Positions 20,643 to 31,527 of a stretch of DNA of 41,956 nt are shown here, piece after piece. Both the position numbers and the translations under genes were made by a program. The notes beneath the pieces were generated by a model. That model did no database searches. It worked only from the letters and a program-made list of their open reading frames with translations, and was not told where the DNA came from. Position 1 is the stretch's first letter. Each line of letters begins with the position of its first letter. Source of the DNA: Catajapyx aquilonaris (lineage: Eukaryota); contig JYFJ02003419.1 in NCBI GenBank assembly GCA_000934665.2, positions 1 to 41,956 on the forward strand, given 5' to 3'.

Positions 20643-20819
20643 TGAAGACATATTGGAATATTATGATGATGATGTTGATGATGTTGATGATGATGTTGAT
20701 GTTGATGATGTTACATCATCTGATGATATATCATCTTTAAACTTAAACGATTGGGATGGCTGTGATGTGACCTTCTATAATGGCAACCTACCTCAATACC
20801 TTTCCTACTCTGAGGACAG
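20643..20819 (+). CDS. CSDE1: Candidate alternative (cassette) exon of CSDE1 encoding a 59-codon Asp-rich insert
   Basis: Acceptor CTTAATGAATTGCAG|T and donor AG|GTCTGT. 177 nt, phase 2-2 and open in the CSDE1 frame (SEDILEYYDDDVDDV...YLSYSED). No homology support. Confidence 0.45.
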
Positions 20820-21081
20820 GTCTGTACCTCTTCCTTTCCTTTCCCATTTCCTCCCCACCATTTAAAAAATGTCCTGTGGGTGGCTGTTTTGTATATGCCA
20901 ACATGTTGCTACTTAGGTGTTGAAGGTGATTCTGAACTTTGTTTATGTTTTGCCTTCATGGTTCAATAGCAATAGTTAGTCATGCAGGAATTAACTGCTT
21001 GATCACTTATGAAGTAAGTAAGCTGAGTTGAGAATTTCAATTCATTATTCTGTCAAGCATCCGGGTTTCAAATGAAACTAA

Positions 21082-21303
21082 GGCCTGAATCTTCGACGTC
21101 TTTTGCTAACCTGCAGGAGGTGCTCGCAGAGGGGAGTTAGCAGGGTTCTGCCAGCGAGAGTAAAGATCATCACATTTTAGAGTAACAAAATTAACTACTC
21201 CCTGGGTTCTTTCCCTGTCAGGGATTAATGCCATTGGAAAGTTTCTTTCTAGAAGATTATGGCCCCTCCTGCAGGTTTGCATGAGACGTCGAAGATTTGG
21301 GCC
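21082..21303. mobile_element. PIF/Harbinger (Tourist-like) MITE
   Basis: TAA|GGCCTGAATCTTCGACGTCTTTTGCTAACCTGCAGGAGG ... CCTCCTGCAGGTTTGCATGAGACGTCGAAGATTTGGGCC|TAA. Confidence 0.85.
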
Positions 21304-21706
21304 TAAGGTGGCAGATTTGTAGAAAAGAGAGATGAGGATTTGTGTTGCTAAGCTGAAGATGTAAATTATTCCCTATTATCGAGTGTACAAGATTTCAGCC
21401 TGCATCATATTGGGAAATTTTCTGGCATCTGCTTCATCAAGGTGGTACTTGTTTTGATGAGGGTACTATATCGCCCAAAAAGATAAAGAGACAATTTTGC
21501 ATTTGACTCAAGTGCAACTTGCACTTGAATCAAATGCCAATCGTCTCTATCTTTTTGAGCGATATAGTACCTGCCAAGTATAATATGGGAAGGATAATTA
21601 AGGCACACTCCCTGTGTGTACATCCCTTATCTTGCAGTTGTCAGGCAGAAGTGAATGGGATGGGAGGTGCAAGTGCAATTTGTTACAGGGTCACTCTACT
21701 CAATAT

Positions 21707-22423
21707 GCAAGCTGGGCTTTAAAAATCGGGCAAAAAATTCTGATTCTGAATGTGCAATCCTTTTTTTTTCTACACCTAACGGTAATCCCAGGGCGAGGGG
21801 TAAAATTCGTACTCACACCCACGAGGGGCGATGTCCGCGGCCAACCAGAGGAAACACCACCCCAGTGCAACTCCGTTTTTTTCATATAGGTTTCCCGCTT
21901 CGACCCCCGTGACTTTCGAGAGGCAAGGAGAGGCTTATCAGTAGTTAGGTAGGGTGCCGCATCGCTTGAGTTTGCGGCGCTTTTGTCCCGTTTTTTTAGT
22001 GCTCTACCCAGAGCACTCCATCTTGTAAACTAGTGGAGGAGGTGGGGGAGTGGGGGCATCCACGTTCTCATGATCCGTTCTCAATCAATAGCAATAATTT
22101 GCGTTGCAGTGAGGGGTGTTGCTCCGTCACTCACGGAAGAAGCCACCGGGTGGGACTCGGGAGATCCACGCGAAAAGGGGGCTAGTTTCCAGACCTGTAT
22201 ATACAGGGTGTCATTGAATCGACCAGTCAGACCTGTACCCGTGGCTTTGCCCTAGTTCCCCTCAAGCCCGAGGGTGTCGTAGTGGAATGGCCAGCTTCTA
22301 GTGCACTATTTGAATTTCTCCACTTTGACCCCTCGGCCTGTGATTACTGTTCGGTGTTGGGGAAAAAAAGGATTCCACTTTTGGAATCAGGAATTTTTGC
22401 CAGATTTTTAGAGCCCAACTTGC
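21707..22423. mobile_element. AT-flanked MITE with ~60-bp imperfect TIRs
   Basis: AT|GCAAGCTGGGCTTTAAAAATCGGGCAAAAAATTCTGATTC mirrors GAATCAGGAATTTTTGCCAGATTTTTAGAGCCCAACTTGC|AT. Confidence 0.72.
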
Positions 22424-22871
22424 ATTTTGAGGGGAGTGTCCCTTTAATGGGCATTTTGTCAGACTAGCACATCATTTGATACTGCAGTGAGAGATATTCG
22501 TTGCTTCCTTGTCAGTTTATTACATCTCTTTTGCAGTTTTAGTTTTCATATTTCTAATTCACGTGATTGTGCATCTGATATGCACCAAATGTATTAGTGC
22601 CTTAAGTTAAATGTGTGTCTTGCAGATTTCTTTCTTGGTGTTATTGTTTGTGACATCTAATTGGGAAATTGTATCTATATAATGTGTGAAATTTTGAAAT
22701 CCTATATATTAAGATAAAAGAAAAGGGGGTTGGTACTAGTGACTATCTACTATATTTTTGGACAAAATTTTGGATCCTAAAATTCTGCAGTGCCTGGTGT
22801 AATGTAAGTAAATGTAGCACCTTGACCTTCTGAATATTCAGTTTCCTGAAATGGTTTGTGTTTGTCTTGGA

Positions 22872-25106
22872 CAGTGGTTCCCAACCTTTTTCGGGTCGCA
22901 ATCCCCTTTTATGATAGTCAAGTAACCTGCGACCCCCCACCCCCGAGTGTTAGTAGGTGTTTTAAAAAACCTTTGCGATGAAATTTCCTATGATAGTCCG
23001 GGCCCTAAGCGCAAAAATCAGGCCTAACCTTGCACTTTGTGAGAAAAAGGTGCCACTTGGCACATGCATTCCTTAGGCCTATAGGAGCAATTCCAGAGTT
23101 GCAGGCAACTGATCGGCCCCTTAGGTCACGAGTTATGCGGTGTTGCCAACATGGCCTGGGATGACCTGAGCGTTTTTAACGTTGCATTTTGTGATAAGAA
23201 GGTACCGCTTGGCACATATGTTCCCTAGGCCTGTAGGAGTCGTTTGAGACATGGCGGCACTTGATCGGGTCCTTAGGTCAGAAGTTATGCGGTGTTGCCA
23301 ACCTGGTCCTGGACCTAAACGTTTTGTACCATTTTTAACTTTGCATTTTGGGATAAGAGGGTGCCACTTCGCACATACGTTCCTTAGGCCTATAGGAGCA
23401 ATTCCAGAGTTGCAGGCAACTGATCGGCCCCTTAGGTCACGAGTTATGCGGTGTTGCCAACCTGATCAGGGAACTAAGTGTTTTAACTCGGCACTTTGTG
23501 ATAGGAAGGTGCCACTAGGCAGACATGTTCCCTAGGTCTGTAGGAGTCGTTTGAGAGATGGCGGCACTTGATCGACTCCTTAGGTCACGAGTTATGCGGT
23601 GCCGGGTTATGCCGGGCACGGCTCGTCGGATGGAGTGTTGACGGCAGTGCGCTGCACGAGCGCTATAATAATGTGTTACAATTATGGAACAGATGATCGC
23701 ACAAACATGCCAGAGATATCGTTGGAAAGGGGAACGTACAGGGAATCATTTTACACTCTACACGTTTTGTCGAGTCAGCTGCGCAGGACGTATTATTTCG
23801 ATGTGTATGAAGTGCGACGCGAAACATTCAAATTGGGCGGTCATTTTCATGGCTCCCTTGACCTGAAGGTGGCATGTTGACCTCATAATATCGTTGTACA
23901 TACAATCCTTCACATTCTAAGAGAAAACCGAACAAAATCGGAGGAGTAGTTTTGCTTTTATAGCCAATTCCACGGCGAGTGTCACTTATGCACTTATGTA
24001 GCGCCGAAAATAACATGACGCCGACATAGGATCTCTGAGGACTTTTAGTATGTTGTTCAGCACACTTAACAGAACATTTCCTGCAATTTTCAGATTTACA
24101 TTATTTTTTACCGGGTTCGGGCACATATCTGTCTAAAATGCCTGGGCTAAATAGGTTTTACCCGTCAAAAAGGATGAAAATACCATTGAATGCAATCCAC
24201 ATATACACTAGTTTCCAGAAAATTACGCAAGTGACACATTTTCGCTATATTCCGGGTGCTTTATTGTGGATAGGTGTCACCTCATTACGTTGTAATATTA
24301 AGGTAGAGTGGATGTGTATCATTCTATGCCATTTTAATGAGGTTTATCCGAGATTTACGAGGTTTCCATGTTTTGAGCCTGACTAGGTTGGCAACACCGC
24401 ATAACTCCTGACCTAAGGAACCGATCAAGTGCCGCCATCTCTCAAACGACTCCTACAGACCTAGGGAACATGTCTGCTAAGTGGCACCTTCCTATCACAA
24501 AGTGCCGAGTTAAAACGCTTAGTTCCCTGATCAGGTTGGCAACACCGCATAACTCGTGACCTAAGGGGCCGATCAGTTGCCTGCAACTCTGGAATTGCTC
24601 CTATAGGCCTAAGGAACGTATGTGCGAAGTGGCACCCTCTTATCCCAAAATGCAAAGTTAAAAATGGTACAAAACGTTCAGGTCCAGGACCAGGTTGGCA
24701 ACACCGCATAACTTCTGACCTAAGGACCCGATCAAGTGCCGCCATGTCTCAAACGACTCCTACAGGCCTAGGGAACATATGTGCCAAGCGGTACCTTCTT
24801 ATCACAAAATGCAACGTTAAAAACGCTCAGGTCATCCCAGGCCATGTTGGCAACACCGCATAACTCGTGACCTAAGGGGCCGATCAGTTGCCTGCAACTC
24901 TGGAATTGCTCCTATAGGCCTAAGGAACACATATGCCATGTGGCACCTTTTTCTCACAAAGTGCAAGGTTAAGGCGCTTAGGGCCCGGACTACGAAATTT
25001 GTTTGATTTTTTAAAAATTCATGTAATTTTGCAATTTATAAAAATTAACGTGGGCACGCGCGACCCCTCGGAAAAGACTTCGCAACCCCCAGGCTGGGAA
25101 CCACTG
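22872..25106. mobile_element. hAT (Charlie/MER5-like) MITE split by a 2-kb foldback insertion
   Basis: TIR CAGTGGTTCCCAACC / GGCTGGGAACCACTG; 8-bp flanks GTCTTGGA / ATCTAGGA (6/8). Confidence 0.78.
22996..24990. mobile_element. Foldback element with ~600-bp inverted arms made of four ~150-bp tandem units
   Basis: TA|GTCCGGGCCCTAAGCGC ... GCGCTTAGGGCCCGGAC|TA. Arm 22996-23601 is almost perfectly inverted at ~24385-24990, giving near-identical mirror ORFs 23251-23535(+) and 24461-24745(-). The ~780-bp spacer is unique. Confidence 0.92.
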
Positions 25107-25178
25107 ATCTAGGACCTGTAAATTTTTTTAAACATGATAAGAGGAGTATTGATATTGATGAGACTCCATACCCCACAG

Positions 25179-25458
25179 CAGCGCCCAACGTCCAGAGCGG
25201 CTGATAAGCCGTCTTAGAACCGTGTCTTCAGAAGAGTCGGGGCCTCGTGTGATCGTTGTTCGTCAACCAAAAGGGCCAGATGGAACCACTGGGTTCAATT
25301 TTACCAAGGAGCTCAGGATGCCAGGGGTTATCATCAACATCACATCTGCACCCAGCAGCACAGCAACAACTACGGGATCAACCTCCCCAACTGCATCAAC
25401 AGAATCGTCTGCATCTACTAACTCAATTGCTTCCCCACCTCTCACATCACAAATGTGA
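25179..25458 (+). CDS. CSDE1: CSDE1/Unr last major coding exon (SUZ-C motif plus Ser/Thr-rich tail)
   Basis: Acceptor CCCCACAG|C completes Ser from the phase-2 donor. Encodes SAQRPERLISRLRTVSSEESGPRVIVVRQPKGPDGTTGF...RMPGVI (cf. human RPDRLVNRLK...PRLMVLRQPRGPD..GF...GVID). Stop TGA at 25456-25458. Confidence 0.94.
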
Positions 25459-26379
25459 GTGCATGGGTTGCTTTTGGAGTCCAACTCCATCCTTATCCCA
25501 CTGTGTGCATGTGATTCTTGAAAGTTCACCTCCTTGCCTCCATTCATGTGGAACATTCACAGTTGGGATCAGAGGGGTTCTGTGTTTTGTTCTGGCAGAC
25601 AACAGGAATTAAATTCAGAACAATTTCAGCGAAGGGTCAGTCTTATTAGGATAGAATCGTGAAATGAAGATCTTGGCATGAGGTGGATTAGAGGTGAACC
25701 TTCAGGTATGGTGGAGAGAAGGAACACTGAAGAACTAGTGTCAGGTATATTAGTCAAACTGGGATATTCCCTAACCCATCTGTTCCTTCTTCTCCCATAA
25801 CCTTATATGGCTCCTATTTCATCATTATACATCTCCCAATAATTTTTACAAATGCCTGTGCATGATGATGCAGAGCCTGAAGTTGGGTGAGGTGGAAAAA
25901 TCTGTTGTTCTATATTATTTAGTTGGTTTGCTTGTACAGCCAACATAGGATTATTTACATCCACTATTTTGTTACCCTATCTTTTATTTCCCCCGTCCCT
26001 CACCCAACAGTTGTTTTTTTGCCAAAAAAAAGTAATAAAATATGAAGACCAAAAAAAAAGGAAGGAGAGGTTATTTCCCATCACTTCGATGAGACAATGA
26101 AGCATGAATTGTAATAAACTAATAAGTGCATTTAAGGGGGTATGAGATGTGTAAGGGCAAAGAATTTTACCATACAAGACATGAATTTTGTAGGTGAGAT
26201 GAGGGTTGCATTATTGGAGGAAAGGAAGTGATTTATATGGTTATGCTGTGCACCAACACCTGGCAGAGGGGCAATCGAGTCACTGGAAGATTGTGTTTTT
26301 GTCATTACGTGAAGGAGGTTGATGTATGACCACATCCACCAGTGAATATGGCAATTATGCCCATTATACAAGGTGGCAT

Positions 26380-27430
26380 AAATCTAGCATTCTAAAACTT
26401 TGGGTATGATTGAGGGGTTCTCAACAATTGTTTGTTTGATTGGGAATGAACCAAAGCAACGACAGCCATGTGGCTATATATACACGCTTCAGCCACATGT
26501 CCAGGTTCTAGGCAATAATTTTAGGTAAGGTATTGTGGGTCTCCACAGCCTAGTTACCGAGATAATTAGCATTAAATAAAGAATGCATTACAGCAAGTCC
26601 CTGACTTGTGTAGATTCACACTTACATTCAAAAATTTCAGACGTGTAAAAAATCTGCAGAACACACTGGTAACGTAAAATGGGTCTGGTACGTAATACCG
26701 AAAGACATAATACACACAGAATAAATTTCCGACAGCTTTATTACCGAAAATATACACAGAACATATACCTTTCCACTTTTTTCCCGTCGGTATTTTATCC
26801 CGTCCGGTATTTTTTCCGTAGGTATTAGACCCGGGACCGACGTAAAATGCTGATAGCCAGAAAACACGTTAAATTCCAGCTCGTAGCAATTTGGACCTGC
26901 CTGCTGAACTCCATTCCCTTACTCAGTTTGTATGTGACAGCATTTGTGACCCGCTTGTGGGCATCTTGGGGAACCCATTCCTGCTCTCATCAGCATCAGT
27001 CGGATAAGATAGTGACTCCAGTATCGATGGATAAGGTAGACTGCAGTATATTGTATAATTTTTAAAGCATGTTCCGAGTTGCATAAAATTCAACTTGTGT
27101 ATAATGTTGCAGAACAATCCATAATGTTAGTTGGGGATTGGCCATATACCAGCATCTATGCTGACATTTCCTTCGCATAGGCCATTGGCTACTATACCTA
27201 ATGGAATCTTATCTTATATTTAAATCGCATGGTAACACCAAAAACTTTAAAGATTAGGGTTAGGTGAAAAGGTAAGGTCAAGTGGAGGGACACAGACCTG
27301 CCATGATATATATTTCCTTGTGTTTGAAGCCCATTATCTCGGTAACTAGGCTGTGCAGACCCATGATACTATACTTGACATGATTGCATAGAACCCCTCT
27401 ACCATCCCGTAAAGTTATGGTGCATTAAAA
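26380..27430. mobile_element. Old degenerate inverted-repeat element (boundaries approximate)
   Basis: TGGGTCTCCACAGCCTAGTTACCGAGATAAT (26536-26566) is inverted at 27333-27363. GAGGGGTTCT / AGAACCCCTC are also mirrored. Confidence 0.5.
26681..26839. mobile_element. 159-bp MULE-like mini-element with 9-bp TSD
   Basis: Direct repeat ACGTAAAAT at 26672-26680 and 26840-26848. Imperfect TIRs with AATACCGA / CGGTATTT subterminal repeats. Confidence 0.7.
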
Positions 27431-27664
27431 TTTTTTACTTTAATGTGTACTATGACTTGGAAATCTAGGGACAGATTGGTCCAATTTCAATTAAATCATA
27501 AGCCATATGAAGACTGACTGAAGTATGATTATAGTTCCTGGAGCTCAACATGAATGAATAGGTTTTTACAAAAGGTACAATGGGTCACATAATATAATGC
27601 CTGGATTGAACATGTTACCTAATTATTTCTCCAAAATTGACTCATTCTGGTTGTTGCTGAATAG

Positions 27665-30600
27665 GTGATCATCAGATGCTATATTCTCTGAGCCTGTGAA
27701 GTGATTGAAGAAAGTTCAGGGCAGAACTATTCCGTTGTGTTTTTTTTTTCCTTTTTGTGTCAACCTGGGCCACAGTCCTGAGCCAGTTGCTTTTGTTGCA
27801 CAACACTGTATACTTGCAAATGTATTCAAATGCCCCGTTGGCATTACTGCCCAATACTGCTTCTGGCTAGTACTTATCTTGATCCTATCGTGTGATCTGT
27901 TTTCTTGTCGTCATCAATCGGATGCTCAGTGTCCTAGAGGTGACGGTTTGATTGCAAAGCACATTTTTAATGCACAATCATGCTGTGACAGCGCTCCCCC
28001 TTGCTGTGTTTGTTACAGCCACCTCAAGTGATGCCATTTCCTAAGTGAACTGCTTACACTCAGCTGTGGCAGCGACATAACAGATGGCAACAACGAAAAC
28101 TGTGGCGACACAGTGTCCGAGGATTTTTGCCGAGGATGGGAAATAAACGAATGGGAACTGATCACATGACATTGATCTGTGATCTGATTAGACAGAATAA
28201 ACTGGGAGCCCCTCCTCTTTTGCTGTAGCAATCAGGGCCAGGAAGGCTACAACTGCAGTGGCTGTCACAGATTTTCCCAGCTGTAGCATTCCCAACCTCT
28301 GACAGCCCCCTCCCAGCTGTACAGCCTGAGTGATTGTGTGTAAAAAAGCTGCTTTGAGAATAAACTTTAAGCCTGAAGTTGTATCTTCACCTTGGCAACA
28401 TGGTCAGCCATTTTGATTATGTCACCCACCTTTGGTAAATCTGGCATGTGCCGTTGTGATGCATCCTTGATAAACGCCAGCTTCATCTCGCCTACAAAAA
28501 TTGTCTCTTGGTAACATTCTTAAGTGGACAAAGAGGCATGAGCGAAAATGAGGTGGTTTGAAAATTTTCATGTGTAGCATTTTAAGAAATGGGAAAAAAG
28601 ATGCACAACAAAACTCTTTAACTGTTCCTTTAATCCCTTGCAAAGTGCGATTGAGTGTGAATTCGAGTATTGCACTGTCAACCAAAAAAAGAAAAGAAAA
28701 AAAAAACTGAAACGAGAAAGAGAGATGGAGGGAGGGAGAGAAACTACAAAAAATGACAAAATTTTATGCTTTACATTCTAGACGAAGAAAAAAAAAAGTG
28801 TGGATGAAGGTGTACAAGGATGTAATGACTGCTGATATGTGTGCATGTGTTTGCAAAGAATAAGTGAAAATGAAATAATAGCAACCTCAAATGAGTACCT
28901 TAAAGGAATAGTGGTCTATGTTACAAGTTCAATAAGCCTGTGCAATGCCCATCAATGAGATGAATATGCAAACATTTTTTTCTTGCTTTCCTGTCTTTCA
29001 GGCATTTCATGGTGCAAGTTTTGCTCATGTCAAAAGTCTGTGGTGGGAACATTGTCTTAACTTTGAGACTCATCTCGAAATAAGCAATATTAACATCGAA
29101 ATGTAACATAGACCACTGTTGCTTTAAGGTACTCAAATGGAACATGGACATGAGAAATTTTCTTTGCAAAAAAAAAACAAAAAAAACAAAAAAAAACTGC
29201 ATCCCCCCCCCCCCCCCNCATGGGTCTATTTATATCATTTTGAAGTGGAAGGTATGGTATGGCTGGTCTCGCCAAAATTACAATAAATAAAAAAATTTTA
29301 GATCCTGTGTGCCCTTTTGTATTTTTTTTTTTTTTTTTTTTGCCCCTCAAGAGCATGTATCTTGCATTGAGAAAGAATGGAGGAAAGGGATTCAGTACCC
29401 ACAACATCCGAAACAATGTCTCTGTGTTTTTAACAAATTAAATTTCATGAACTCTCTAATGCACAGTTGCACCCCATGTAGGTAAGAAGAAAGAAAAAAA
29501 GTAAACAACAGGGTATCTACACTTATTTACTACTTATGTTTGTGAGATAAGAAAAAAAAATCTGAAAATTTCGTATGCTTCCTGCAGGGATCCGAGTGCT
29601 ATTATTACTATACTATAACAATAAATAATAATGATAATAACAATAGTAATAATTATGGTTGTAATTAAGTGAAGTATAATTGTAACTGGTTGCCTTGAAT
29701 TGCAAACAATGGAGGGAGTAAAAATGTAGGTTAAAGGAAAAGGGGAAAAAAAGTAGGTAGGTAACCGTACATCTGAGTTATCACAAGTAAGTTGCCTAAC
29801 TTTTCCTCTATGTTTTGTTGTTGGACTTCCAAAGATATTGCCAAGTGTCAGTAAGTCATCCTTCACTTTGAAAGTGTCTTTTTACAAGGCACTTTGGTTG
29901 TTTTTTTTTTGTTGCAGTAGGAGGGGGCAGCAATGGGAGGATGAAAGTGAGGCTGTATATTGGAAAATAAAAAAAGAAAATGGGGAGGGGGGGGGGGGTT
30001 AAAAAATTTATAGCCTCACCTTTTTCCGACTCCATTGTTGTATGTTGAGGTTGTAGTAAAAAATAATGTAGGTCACTTGTGTACGCTTATGTTGATATTA
30101 ATCCATACAAGAAGTAAACGAATTCAGACAAAAAAATACATTTAAATGTAAAATAATGCACAAAAATGTCAAAGAAATGAAAAAATTACTGTGTATTAAG
30201 TCTATGCTGTGTGACTGCATGCAAATATCATATGTTCCTGATGTAGTTTTGCAGCATTTTCTTTGTGCTTTTTGTTTCATTACCTCAATACTTCCCTCTC
30301 TGTTTTGTTTTTGTTTGCTGAATTGTTTAAAATTTTGGAGGTGAGTGAAAAGTGAGTTTTTGATTGTGGTACATTTGGCAAGATGCAAGTGTGCAAAGAC
30401 ATATCTGCATTCTATGACCTGGCGAGAATGGGGTATGAAACTCGTTTGTGTTTCAGTCCTTGTTTGGTGTACCTTTTTTATTTCTCATGCAGTTTCCATC
30501 CATATTGCCAAAAAAGAGAAAATTAATTGAAACCATTCCCAACTAAAGTGCCAATGATGAGACCTACAGTCTCCATTTTTTTAAATGCACCCTCCCAATG

Positions 30601-30790
30601 TAATACTGTATTTAGATTGAATATGTGCTTGTAACTTTTCTGTTATGTTATTATGTTTTTTGCATGAAAAATTATTAATGTCTTTGTTGAGTTTTGAAAT
30701 GATGCACATCACACCTTTAGTCAATTTGTTTACAAGCATTGCTTATCCTACACTATTTTTGGGGTTGTAAATAAAAATTCCTCCTTCATT
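27665..30790 (+). other. CSDE1: Probable long 3' UTR / terminal exon of CSDE1
   Basis: A/U-run-rich region in which I found no TIR elements, unlike the flanking introns. It has several AATAAA (e.g. 28196, 29282, 30770) and is preceded by an acceptor-like TTGTTGCTGAATAG. Inference only. Confidence 0.45.
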
Positions 30791-31491
30791 TATTTCACTA
30801 CAGTTTTCATCCATACTTATTCATTATGTAGTTTGAAGAGTTAGTCACTGGAGTTACGGAAACAAACAATTGCATAATAAGCTCCTTTATTTGTGTAACA
30901 AAGCTATGGAAATTATCTCTCTAATCAAAATGGGACTCGTTATTAGAGGAACGCTTGCAAAAGAGGAAAAGAATAATTTAGCGGAGCTACGTACAGGGCG
31001 CACACAAAGCAAATAATAATTTTGGAGCTAAGCAGCGAAACAGCAGTGGCAGCTTCTTTGAGCAACACAGACAAGGTTGTTGTGGGTACTGCCTGATTGT
31101 TTTGCTGTGTCATTTTCTGTATTTAATGAGACTCTGACGAAAAGGAGAAATGAAGAGTAAAGTTGATTCAACCCATTCTGTACAAGTTATTTCATTGGTA
31201 ACAATGAATAAACCCCCTTCCTCCTCAATATATCTTACATTTCAGATGAACCAAATAAGTCTTTATGATATTGTTCTTTTCAAGCAATTGGCAGTTAATT
31301 ATGGTTGAAGGCTTAATAGAACTAGAGAATGAAAAAAGTTGTCATGAAATGATTCCCCAATGGTAAAATTATCCTATAAGTAGATGAGCCACTAGTAACA
31401 CCTTGGTTGTCGCATCTCTTCGAATTTTGACATAACTCATCATTTCCTGTTGCTTCTAGTGTTTTGTCCATGGTTTTGTCTTAGGTTGCGC

Positions 31492-31527
31492 CATAGATTA
31501 ATAAGGTGGCCACGTTATTAATCTATG
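31492..31527. mobile_element. 36-bp palindromic hAT-like micro-element
   Basis: CATAGATTAATAAGGTGGCCACGTTATTAATCTATG flanked by GGTTGCGC / GGTTGTGC (8-bp TSD, 7/8). Confidence 0.75.

Noticed and set aside
23030..24960. CRISPR-like array (recurring ~32-bp CCTTAGGTCACGAGTTATGCGGTGTTGCCAAC)
   Set aside because: The intervening sequences are ~120 bp and homologous to each other (ABAB), the array is mirrored as an inverted arm, the DNA is eukaryotic and there are no cas genes. It is a tandem repeat inside foldback TIRs.
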